From: Halarcobacter sp.
Lineage (GTDB): Bacteria; Campylobacterota; Campylobacteria; Campylobacterales; Arcobacteraceae
Length of the DNA: 64,000 bases
Direction of reading: 5' to 3'
Assembly: GCA_048571215.1 (NCBI GenBank)
Contig: CP182352.1
Span: 800,001 to 864,000, forward strand
Made by a program: the position numbers and the translations under genes. The notes under the pieces are model-generated. The model was not told the DNA's origin. It was given only the letters and a program-made list of their open reading frames with translations, and ran no database searches. This document shows, in pieces, positions 9,324 to 17,357 of the stretch. The stretch's first letter is position 1. The number at the start of each line of letters is the position of its first letter.

Positions 9324-9599
9324 TTAGTCCTTAAATATGTTCATACAATTCATACAGCGGTGAAAACCTTTTTTATAAAAAATAATATAAATTAAAGGAA
9401 TTGATAAAAGAATATAATTAAGTATAATTTCTAATAAAGAAAAATCACCAAATATTAGAAAGAAAACTACATATATACATATTAGTGTAATAGGTAAAAT
9501 TCTAAATAACAATGTTTTTGAAATATATATATAGTAATTTTTTTTTATATCATTACTATTACATTTCGGACAAGTGTTTTTTAATTCTTCTTTTTTCAT
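9324..9599 (-). CDS. Putative immunity protein, LITAF-like split zinc ribbon
   Basis: CPKC - hydrophobic segment - HRCMNC. Confidence 0.6.
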   Translation of the reverse strand: MKKEELKNTCPKCNSNDIKKNYYIYISKTLLFRILPITLICIYVVFFLIFGDFSLLEIILNYILLSIPLIYIIFYKKGFHRCMNCMNIFKD

Positions 9600-9993
9600 A
9601 TTCTATATATCCTTCTGTTGTTCCTTTTATAATTTTAAAACCTTCTGACCTATTTAATCTATTAGTCATATACCCTGCAAATAATCCTGAGGCTAAACCA
9701 TAAGTTCCTCCAGCAACTCCACCAATTAACATACCTAAAGGCCCCATAACTGATAAAGCAGTTGCACCTATATATACACCACCTACAATTCCTCCTACAA
9801 ATCCACCAATAGAAGTTCTAATAATTGTTTTACTTTCCTCATTCAAGTTTTCTATTTTTGAATCAGCACTTTTTTTCGCTCCAAAACTTGCTGCTTTTCC
9901 TGCCCAATTATTAAACAAATGCACAAAAGCCCCAGTAACAGCCCCATTAGCAAACTTTTCACCACTTATTTCTGATACTAAAGATGTAAACAT
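9559..9993 (-). CDS. Orphan toxin tip with glycine-zipper
   Basis: Conserved block then GGFVGGIVGG...GGVAGG. Confidence 0.65.
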   Translation of the reverse strand: MFTSLVSEISGEKFANGAVTGAFVHLFNNWAGKAASFGAKKSADSKIENLNEESKTIIRTSIGGFVGGIVGGVYIGATALSVMGPLGMLIGGVAGGTYGLASGLFAGYMTNRLNRSEGFKIIKGTTEGYIEYEKRRIKKHLSEM

Positions 9994-10080
9994 TGTTCCT
10001 TTCTCTACTCCCCAACTATTTGGTGCTGCAAATCCAGAAGCTGCAAATCCAGACCAAAATCCAGAACTCCATCTTCAACC

Positions 10081-10147
10081 TTGTGCTTATATATAATTAT
10101 ATATATTACTTAGTTAAAAGCTATTGAAAGTGGAGATTCATCCTCAG
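10081..10147. repeat. 67-bp direct repeat, copy B
   Basis: Identical to 9250-9316. Confidence 0.9.
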
Positions 10148-10217
10148 AGGTGTTAGTCTGTGGTTTTTTTAAGGTGGCAACTGACCCCAAATTTTTTCCT
10201 TTATTTTATTTTTTCCT

Positions 10218-10529
10218 TTATTTTCTTAAATTATCATAACAAGATACTTCTTCCATAGGAAGAAAGACTATTATAAAAACTTCAATAAAAAGTAAAACTA
10301 TTATTGATTCAATTATCTTAAAAATAAAATCGTTATAATTAAAAAAAGAATTATTTAGAAAATATAATAAAGGAACTATAAATAAACCTCCATAATAAAA
10401 TCTGTAAAAAACTCTAAATATCATATTTGTACGATAACATTTGCCTTTAAATTCAAATACTTTTCCTGTTTTTATCAGAAAAATATCGAATGGATTAGTA
10501 ATTAACTTTATTTTTTCAATTATTCGCAT
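10218..10529 (-). CDS. Putative immunity protein (2 TM)
   Basis: Small hydrophobic ORF directly downstream of tip. Confidence 0.6.
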   Translation of the reverse strand: MRIIEKIKLITNPFDIFLIKTGKVFEFKGKCYRTNMIFRVFYRFYYGGLFIVPLLYFLNNSFFNYNDFIFKIIESIIVLLFIEVFIIVFLPMEEVSCYDNLRK

Positions 10530-10544
10530 ACTCTAACTTTAATT

Positions 10545-11138
10545 TTAATGAAATGGATTCACTTTTGTATGAACAGTGTCACTGACACTTCCTGTCTTAT
10601 GTATAATAAATACACCTACACTTGTCGCACCACTACCAGATAATGCTGCGGCAGAACCACCTAAATAATAATAAGGCCTAGACTTAACATCGTTCCATAT
10701 ATAGTCTGCCACTTCTTCAGGATGATTTTTTACTGCATAAACCGTTAACTTATATTCTATTTCTGCTTCCCATTTATTTGCTGGCAATATATTCCCTTCC
10801 TGCCAATCTCTGAAACCAGAAAGCCTACCTAAATAATCTCCATAAGCATAAGCCATTTTTGGAATAGACATAACTCCATCAAATAAATCAACAAAGTTTT
10901 TTACTGTCTTTTTTATAATAGTTCCTCCCTCAGCATTAAACAAATGCACAAAAGCCCCAGTAACAGCACCATTAGCAAATTTACCACCACTTATTTCTGA
11001 AACAGTACCTGATACTAAAGATGTAAACATTGTTCCTTTCTCTACTCCCCAACTACTTGGTGCTGCAAATCCAGAAGCTGCAAATCCAGACCAAAATCCT
11101 GCACTCCATCGATAAAGGTGCCTGTCCCCTTTACTCAT
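10545..11138 (-). CDS. Orphan toxin tip of unknown activity
   Basis: Most complete conserved block GFWSGFAASGFAAPSSWGVEKGTMFTSLVSGTVSEISGGKFANGAVTGAFVHLFN. Confidence 0.7.
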   Translation of the reverse strand: MSKGDRHLYRWSAGFWSGFAASGFAAPSSWGVEKGTMFTSLVSGTVSEISGGKFANGAVTGAFVHLFNAEGGTIIKKTVKNFVDLFDGVMSIPKMAYAYGDYLGRLSGFRDWQEGNILPANKWEAEIEYKLTVYAVKNHPEEVADYIWNDVKSRPYYYLGGSAAALSGSGATSVGVFIIHKTGSVSDTVHTKVNPFH

Positions 11139-11412
11139 TTTTTATTTCCTTTTCAACTTTTAATTCCCAACTACAATTTTTACATATATAGTGATATCTT
11201 TTTTTAGCTAATATTAATGATATATCAATTACTAAAGAAACTAATAAAGATATTACCATTGCATATATATCTAGAAATATATAAACCAGTATACTAAGTA
11301 GTGGGGTAAGAACAAATAAGAATAAAAACCCTCTTTTCTTTTGGTTAAACTTATTTATATTAGAACTACATTGGGGACATTGAACTATAGCACTTTTATT
11401 TTTTAAGTTCAT
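11131..11412 (-). CDS. Putative immunity protein, LITAF-like split zinc ribbon
   Basis: CPQC - 2 hydrophobic helices - HYICKNC. Confidence 0.6.
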   Translation of the reverse strand: MNLKNKSAIVQCPQCSSNINKFNQKKRGFLFLFVLTPLLSILVYIFLDIYAMVISLLVSLVIDISLILAKKRYHYICKNCSWELKVEKEIKNE

Positions 11413-11803
11413 AGTACCCCTTTCCAGTATTAATCATTATTTCAAGACCTTCTTCTATTGGTCTACCCCAGCCAGACACTTCTAATTCAATTGTAAATCC
11501 AACAGTTCCACCAACAAATGCTTCAACAATGGTACCTGCACCAGGAACAATACTTGCTGAAAGAGCACCTTTTACTGCTCCAGCAGCCATTCCAGCTAAT
11601 GAAGAAGTAATAATACGTCTACCACCATCATGAATATTATTAAGTTGTTCATTTACTTCTGATTTTGTTTTCATTTTTGTCCCTTGTGATAAAACAGCAC
11701 CCCAATTATTAAATAAATGCACAAAAGCCCCAGTAACTGCACCATTAGCAAACTTTCCACCACTTATTTCCGAAACTGTACCTGATACTAAAGATGTAAA
11801 CAT
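11396..11803 (-). CDS. Orphan toxin tip with glycine-zipper, related to 9559..9993
   Basis: Conserved block then AGMAAGAVKG...AFVGGTVG. Confidence 0.65.
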   Translation of the reverse strand: MFTSLVSGTVSEISGGKFANGAVTGAFVHLFNNWGAVLSQGTKMKTKSEVNEQLNNIHDGGRRIITSSLAGMAAGAVKGALSASIVPGAGTIVEAFVGGTVGFTIELEVSGWGRPIEEGLEIMINTGKGYYELKK

Positions 11804-11944
11804 TGTTCCTTTCTCTACTCCCCAACTATTTGGTGCTACAAATCCAGACCAAAATCCTGCACTCCATCAATAAAGGTGCCTGTTCCCTTTATTTTTGACC
11901 CTAATTTTTAATTATATAAACTGTCCCGGAATTTTCGAAATTTT

Positions 11945-12151
11945 TTAAAGCGTAATTCCAATTTTTTCAAGTAAATCTTTAAAATCCATAGGTTTTAATT
12001 TGTGATAAATTGTACCGCTAAGAATTATTATAAATAATAAACTTCCTTTCATTTCTATATAATCAAAAAAACTTAAAAAAGTTAATAATATACATATCCA
12101 TAATATAACTAATGAAAAATAAGCAATAATATATTGCAAAAATTTAAACAT
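11945..12151 (-). CDS. Orphan small membrane protein (putative immunity)
   Basis: 68-aa, 2 TM, bracketed by junction sites 11921-11928 and 12175-12193. Confidence 0.5.
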   Translation of the reverse strand: MFKFLQYIIAYFSLVILWICILLTFLSFFDYIEMKGSLLFIIILSGTIYHKLKPMDFKDLLEKIGITL

Positions 12152-12253
12152 ATTAATTTCCTAATATTTATTTTAAAGGTGTTATCTGTGCCCAAAAAGG
12201 AGCATATATATTATAAACTTCATAGGGTTCATAACACTTTGAATCTACTAAGA

Positions 12254-12394
12254 TCATTGATGTATTACTAACAAGGGAAATACTATCTCATTTACCAATT
12301 GTTTTGATTTACTATCCTCTTTTGATAGAGGTACAAAAAAAATAATTGCAATAAAAATTAAAGCAATTGAACCAAAAAGATACTTTTTATCCAT
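12254..12394 (-). pseudogene. Short ORF/gene remnant (MDKKYLFGSIALIFIAIIFF...) at array edge
   Basis: AAAGGA RBS, N-terminal TM, stops after 46 codons. Confidence 0.3.
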
Positions 12395-12558
12395 AAAATT
12401 CCTTTAAAAAAATGAGTAAATAATTATTCTAAAAAAACGTCACATTCTCGTCACAATGAGTTGTTTTTTTCCATAAATTTTGAAATTTCTCTAGGATTGT
12501 TGTTTTTACTTGATATAAATAGTACAATTTAGCTATTTAGAATAAGAAAAGAGTTTAA

Positions 12559-13050
12559 ATGTATAATTTAGTAGTTTATGGAAGTTTAATGAACAAAAAA
12601 GAGCTTCAAAAAGAGGGTATATCTTTAGATGATGTTGTTTTAGTAAAAGTGTTTGGTTATAAAAGAGTTTTTAATCAAGAACCATCTTATCGAATGGTAA
12701 ATTCAGTTAACAGAGCTGTATTAACTATTGGGGAAGATAATGAAAGTTGGTTTAACGCAATAGTGATTAAGAATATAAGTGCAGAGTATCTTAGTATTTT
12801 AGATAAAAGAGAAATAGGGTATGACCAATACTCTTTTAGAGAAGGTGAGGTTATAAGTTATGACAATGAACCTTTGACAAACTGTATTGTTTATAAGGGT
12901 AAAATTGAGAAGATGAGTTTTAATATCCAGCCCAATATGGAGTATTTGGATATTTGTAAAGAGACAGCTAAAAGTTTTGGTGATGAGTTTTATGAAGATT
13001 TTATTAACACTACTTTTAAAAATAGTGATGGGGGATTATCTCTTATCTAG
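12559..13050 (+). CDS. Gamma-glutamylcyclotransferase family protein
   Basis: VYGSLMN and LDKREIGY motifs. Confidence 0.75.
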   Translation: MYNLVVYGSLMNKKELQKEGISLDDVVLVKVFGYKRVFNQEPSYRMVNSVNRAVLTIGEDNESWFNAIVIKNISAEYLSILDKREIGYDQYSFREGEVISYDNEPLTNCIVYKGKIEKMSFNIQPNMEYLDICKETAKSFGDEFYEDFINTTFKNSDGGLSLI

Positions 13051-14050
13051 ATAAGGAAATCCCAAAACTAATTCTATTTATCTCTTTGTTATAGTCAATT
13101 AAACTATCTCCATATCCACTTGAAAGTTGTAAATATCCAAAGGTATTTTTAGAGTTAAAAAATGGAAAAGTCCAATCAAATTGAGCATAGCCTTTGTTGT
13201 TATCATTAAATCTAAGATTATTTCTTAGTAAAAGTTTAAAAGTTTGCGATTTGTATGGATAGACTAGGGTAAAGTCTCCATATCCAAGATATTTTTCTAT
13301 ATCTGGATTGTCATCTGTTTTTGCATCTTCTGGCAATCTATACCATATATTTGGTATTAAAAATAGATTTCCTATTTGGAAATAACTTTCTAAATAGAGT
13401 CTATTCCATGATCTAGATTTTGGTTTGCCTTGACCATTTGATTCATGTAAAAAACCAAATTTAAACCCTTTTAAGGAGGTTTTATCTTTTTTTCCATAGG
13501 GGATTGTAACAAAAACTTCTGGACGATAGTTTGTTTCTCTAAAAGGTGCAGAATCATCATATAACTGCCACCATGAAGTTTGAGTATATCCAAAGTAGAT
13601 GGTTTCTTTAAGATTGAATAGATTTTGAAATAAAGGTTTTTTTACACTGATTTGGAATTTAGTTTCATTTTGACTTCTATCACTTCTTTTTTTAGTATCG
13701 TAAGAAATAGGTAAAAAATAGTTTTCTTTGTATGGAAAAAGATTAAAAGTAGATGCTAATATTTGTTCTACTGTACTGTAGGTTTCTTTATCATCAATTT
13801 TATTTAGGGTTTTTCCTATAGTTTTTGCTTCAACAGAGATATTGTTATCTTCTATATCTTTTTGAATAGTTTCTTCTAAAGAGACATCTTTTGTTGCTAA
13901 TTTTTTATATAGCAACATCGCTTCCTTATATTTACCTTGATTTTCTAAATCTTTTGCCTTTTTTAAAATATCATTTGTATCCTGTGCCATAAGGTTTATG
14001 ATAAAAAGAGTAATTAAAATAGTTATTCGTAACATTTTTTGTAAATCCAA
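13043..14050 (-). CDS. pldA: Outer-membrane phospholipase A
   Basis: PFRETNYRPE, HESNG, SRSWNR, GYGDSLIDYN. Confidence 0.93.
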   Translation of the reverse strand: MDLQKMLRITILITLFIINLMAQDTNDILKKAKDLENQGKYKEAMLLYKKLATKDVSLEETIQKDIEDNNISVEAKTIGKTLNKIDDKETYSTVEQILASTFNLFPYKENYFLPISYDTKKRSDRSQNETKFQISVKKPLFQNLFNLKETIYFGYTQTSWWQLYDDSAPFRETNYRPEVFVTIPYGKKDKTSLKGFKFGFLHESNGQGKPKSRSWNRLYLESYFQIGNLFLIPNIWYRLPEDAKTDDNPDIEKYLGYGDFTLVYPYKSQTFKLLLRNNLRFNDNNKGYAQFDWTFPFFNSKNTFGYLQLSSGYGDSLIDYNKEINRISFGISLSR

Positions 14051-14136
14051 TAATTGAGATTTGAAATTTTATCACAAAAAGTAAAATAAACCTATAAAAT
14101 GATATAATCCCACCAATTTAAAAGAAAGGTTTTTTT

Positions 14137-14778
14137 ATGCTTGTAGCCCCTTCCATTTTATCAGCAGATTTTGGAAAACTAAATGAAGAGATTAAAGCAA
14201 TATGTGATGGTGGATGTGATTTGATTCATGTAGACGTGATGGATGGTCACTTTGTACCAAATATGACTTTAGGACCAGTTGTGGTAAATCCTGTTGCTAA
14301 GGTAGCAACTAAGCCACTAGATGTACACTTAATGGTTGAAAATAATACATTTTTTGTTGAGCTTTTTGCTCCACTTAAACCAGAGTATATCTCTTTTCAT
14401 ATTGAGAGTGAAAAACATCCCCATAGACTTATTCAAAAAATTAGATCATATGGAATAAAACCAGCAATTGTTTTAAATCCCCACTCTACACCTGAGTCTA
14501 TAGAGTATTTACTTGAAGATTTAGATATGGTTCTACTTATGTCTGTAAATCCTGGTTTTGGTGGACAAAAATTTATCTCATCAGTTATTGAAAAAACTAA
14601 AAAGTTAAAAGAGTTAATAAACAAAAGAAACCCAAATTGTTTAATACAAGTTGATGGTGGAGTAAATGACAAAAATATTCACCAGCTAAAAGAGGTTGGG
14701 GTTGATGTAGTAGTAGCAGGTTCATATGTTTTTGGAAACGAAGACTATAGTAAAGCGATAAAATCTCTACAGGTATAA
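14137..14778 (+). CDS. rpe: Ribulose-phosphate 3-epimerase
   Basis: APSILSADF, HVDVMDGHFVPN, MSVNPGFGGQ. Confidence 0.97.
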   Translation: MLVAPSILSADFGKLNEEIKAICDGGCDLIHVDVMDGHFVPNMTLGPVVVNPVAKVATKPLDVHLMVENNTFFVELFAPLKPEYISFHIESEKHPHRLIQKIRSYGIKPAIVLNPHSTPESIEYLLEDLDMVLLMSVNPGFGGQKFISSVIEKTKKLKELINKRNPNCLIQVDGGVNDKNIHQLKEVGVDVVVAGSYVFGNEDYSKAIKSLQV

Positions 14779-14779
14779 T

Positions 14780-15376
14780 ATGAAAACAAAAATCTGTGGA
14801 ATTACAAACCTAGAAGATGCAAAAGCAGCAATAAAAGCTGGTGCAGATGCCTTGGGCTTTGTATTTTATGAAAAGAGTTCTAGATATATCGAACCATTTA
14901 AAGCAAGAGAGATAGTAAAAGAGCTTCCCCCTTTTGTTCAAGTTGTTGGTTTATTTGTAAATGAAAACAGTGCCTTTATAAATCAAGTTTGTACAAATGC
15001 ACGGATGCAATTAGCACAAATCATTGATGATGATAATTATACTGATTTTAATTCACTAAATTATAAGTATATAGAAGTTGTAAGAGCAAAATCACAACAA
15101 GATATTTTAGAAAAACTTGATAGATATGTGCTTGTAGATGCTCATGTTGAAGAGTTTGGTGGTAGTGGAAAAAGAGTTGCTTTAGAATGGTTTAAAGGCT
15201 TAGATTGCTCAAAGATTATTTTAGCTGGAGGTTTGACTTCAGATAATCTAAAAGAGTTAAAAGGTTTTAATTTTTATGGAGTAGATGTAAGTTCAGGTGT
15301 TGAACTTACAAAAGGTAAGAAAGATAAAACCAAAATGGAAAATTTTGTAAAAGCTGTAAATGAAATCCAACAATAA
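14780..15376 (+). CDS. trpF: Phosphoribosylanthranilate isomerase
   Basis: KICGIT, LAGGL, GVDVSSGVE. Confidence 0.95.
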   Translation: MKTKICGITNLEDAKAAIKAGADALGFVFYEKSSRYIEPFKAREIVKELPPFVQVVGLFVNENSAFINQVCTNARMQLAQIIDDDNYTDFNSLNYKYIEVVRAKSQQDILEKLDRYVLVDAHVEEFGGSGKRVALEWFKGLDCSKIILAGGLTSDNLKELKGFNFYGVDVSSGVELTKGKKDKTKMENFVKAVNEIQQ

Positions 15377-16178
15377 TTTTATCTTAAAACTAACGGAAAA
15401 ACTAAAAAAAACTCCTCTTGCTTATGAGGAGTTCTTAGATGAGTTATCAAAAAATAAAAATAAGTTTTTTAATGATCCAGAATTGGAGTTTGAACTACTT
15501 CTATCAAATGGTTTTCCTTTAGAGTTTATAGATGATAAAATTGTTTTGAAAACTACCCATTGTCCAATAAATGAACAAACTTTCTGTATAGTTGATATAG
15601 AAACAAATGGGGGACATGTAAATAAAGGGCATCAAATTATTGAATTAGGTGCTGTGAAATATAGAGCAGGGGAAGTAATAGATAAGTTTGAGTCTTTGGT
15701 TTATGCTAAAGAAATCCCTCAATATATCCAAGAGGTTACAAATATAAAACCAGTTATGTTAGAAGATGCTCCTCCTATTAAAAAAGTATTGGAAGAGTTT
15801 AAAATTTTTTTAGAAGATGATGTTTTTGTAGCTCATGATATAAAGTTTGATTATAATTTTATCTCAAATTCATTTCAAAAATATGATTTGGGAAAACTAG
15901 AAAATAGAAAACTTTGTACCATAGATTTGGCAAGACGAACTATAAAAGCACAGCGATATGGCTTAAAGTTTTTAAAAGAGCAATTAAATATCAATATAGA
16001 TGACCATCATAGAGCTTATAGTGATGCAATTAGCACAACATATATTTTGGAAGAGTCAATAAAAGTATTGGATGATAGTATTAAAACAACAGAAGACTTA
16101 ATCTATTTTTCAAAACATGGACAAACACTTATGCCAAAACATCAAACTAATCATAAAAATGCACAGGAGGATAAATAA
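15360..16178 (+). CDS. DEDDh 3'-5' exonuclease (DNA Pol III epsilon-like)
   Basis: VDIET, VAHDIKFD, HHRAYSDA. Confidence 0.88.
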   Translation: MKSNNNFILKLTEKLKKTPLAYEEFLDELSKNKNKFFNDPELEFELLLSNGFPLEFIDDKIVLKTTHCPINEQTFCIVDIETNGGHVNKGHQIIELGAVKYRAGEVIDKFESLVYAKEIPQYIQEVTNIKPVMLEDAPPIKKVLEEFKIFLEDDVFVAHDIKFDYNFISNSFQKYDLGKLENRKLCTIDLARRTIKAQRYGLKFLKEQLNINIDDHHRAYSDAISTTYILEESIKVLDDSIKTTEDLIYFSKHGQTLMPKHQTNHKNAQEDK

Positions 16179-16717
16179 TGTTTTCACAAGATAAATATTT
16201 AAAGGCACTAAATTTTGCAGCATTAGCTCATGGTGAGCAAAAAACTCCTTATGGACTCCCTTATTTAGCCCATATAACTTTAGTTGCAATGGAAGTGATT
16301 CATGCCTGTGAAGAGGGAAATATTGAATTAGAAAAAGCCAATAAGGCTATAAGTATAGCATTGTTGCATGATACTATTGAAGATACAAGTATAACTTATG
16401 ATGATATTTTTAATGAATTTGGATTAGAAATAGCTGAGGGTGTAGAGGCTTTAACAAAAGATAAAAATCTACCTAAAAAGCAACAGATTGCAGATAGTGT
16501 AAATAGATTATTATCTCAACCATATGAAGTGCAAATGGTTAAATTAGCTGATAGAATTTCAAATATGCAAAAACCACCTCAATCTTGGGATAATCAAAAG
16601 ATATTAAATTATCAAAAAGATGCAAAGTTTATTTTATCTTGTTTAAAAAATTCAAATATGTATTTGTCAAAAAGATTAGAAGAGAAAATTAGTAACTATA
16701 TAGTCTATATGAAGTAA
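16178..16717 (+). CDS. Stand-alone HD-domain hydrolase (Mesh1/small alarmone hydrolase-like)
   Basis: AHGEQK...PYLAH, LLHDTIEDT, VKLADRISN. Confidence 0.8.
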   Translation: MFSQDKYLKALNFAALAHGEQKTPYGLPYLAHITLVAMEVIHACEEGNIELEKANKAISIALLHDTIEDTSITYDDIFNEFGLEIAEGVEALTKDKNLPKKQQIADSVNRLLSQPYEVQMVKLADRISNMQKPPQSWDNQKILNYQKDAKFILSCLKNSNMYLSKRLEEKISNYIVYMK

Positions 16718-16762
16718 AAACTCATATTTTGGGATTTAATATACTTTTTATTAAGAGATAAC

Positions 16763-16783
16763 TAGAAGCTCAAAGAGCTTCTA
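16763..16783. terminator. Hairpin between convergent genes
   Basis: TAGAAGCTC-AAA-GAGCTTCTA. Confidence 0.7.
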
Positions 16784-16789
16784 AGTTAA

Positions 16790-17347
16790 TTAAGCAACTG
16801 CTTCTTTTGCATATTTAAGACCTAAGTCAAATGCTTTTTCATTGATATCGTGAACTTTTGCAGGTACTTTGCTAAGCATTGTACTTTTTAAAATTGCGTT
16901 ATCAACTGTTTCACCAGTCATGTAGTTTGCAATAGATAAAGCAAGAACTGATTGAGTAATCACATTTCCAATCTCTTCTTTTGCAATTGTAATAATTGGT
17001 ATTTCAAAAATTTTCCATTTTTTCTTATCTTCTTCAGTTGGAGTTACTAGGTTAGGTTCAATAACAATTATTCCACCTTCTTTAACTCCACCTTTGAACT
17101 GATCATAAGATACTTGCGCAACTGATAACATGAAATCAATTTCACCATCATTTGCATATGGATATAAAATTTCATTATCTTCTAAAGTGATATCAACAAC
17201 TGTTGCTCCACCTCTAACTTGTGAAGTATATGTAGATGTTTTTAAACCATTTCCACCTGAATTGATTTTTGCAGCTGCAAAAATTGAACCAGCAAGAAGT
17301 ACACCTTGTCCACCAACACCTGTAAATCTCATTAATGTTCTAGCCAT
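16790..17347 (-). CDS. oorC: 2-oxoglutarate:acceptor oxidoreductase gamma subunit
   Basis: GVGGQG, SQVRGG; operon context. Confidence 0.92.
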   Translation of the reverse strand: MARTLMRFTGVGGQGVLLAGSIFAAAKINSGGNGLKTSTYTSQVRGGATVVDITLEDNEILYPYANDGEIDFMLSVAQVSYDQFKGGVKEGGIIVIEPNLVTPTEEDKKKWKIFEIPIITIAKEEIGNVITQSVLALSIANYMTGETVDNAILKSTMLSKVPAKVHDINEKAFDLGLKYAKEAVA

Positions 17348-17357
17348 GATGTTCTCC

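Larger units (their letters stand above)
5907..12193 (-). other. Array of orphan polymorphic-toxin tip/immunity cassettes bounded by short repeated sites
   Basis: Four copies of a conserved pre-toxin block, each followed by a different tip and a small membrane ORF; ~13 GGGG(A/T)CA(G/A)-like cores at junctions. Confidence 0.8.

Noticed and set aside
8088..11890. CRISPR array from the repeated 19-bp palindrome
   Set aside because: Spacing is 0.75-1.9 kb and irregular, intervals contain genes, and no cas genes are present.
5907..12193. Classical integron with attC sites
   Set aside because: No intI in the window, and I could not find RYYYAAC...GTTRRRY-bounded long imperfect hairpins at the junctions.
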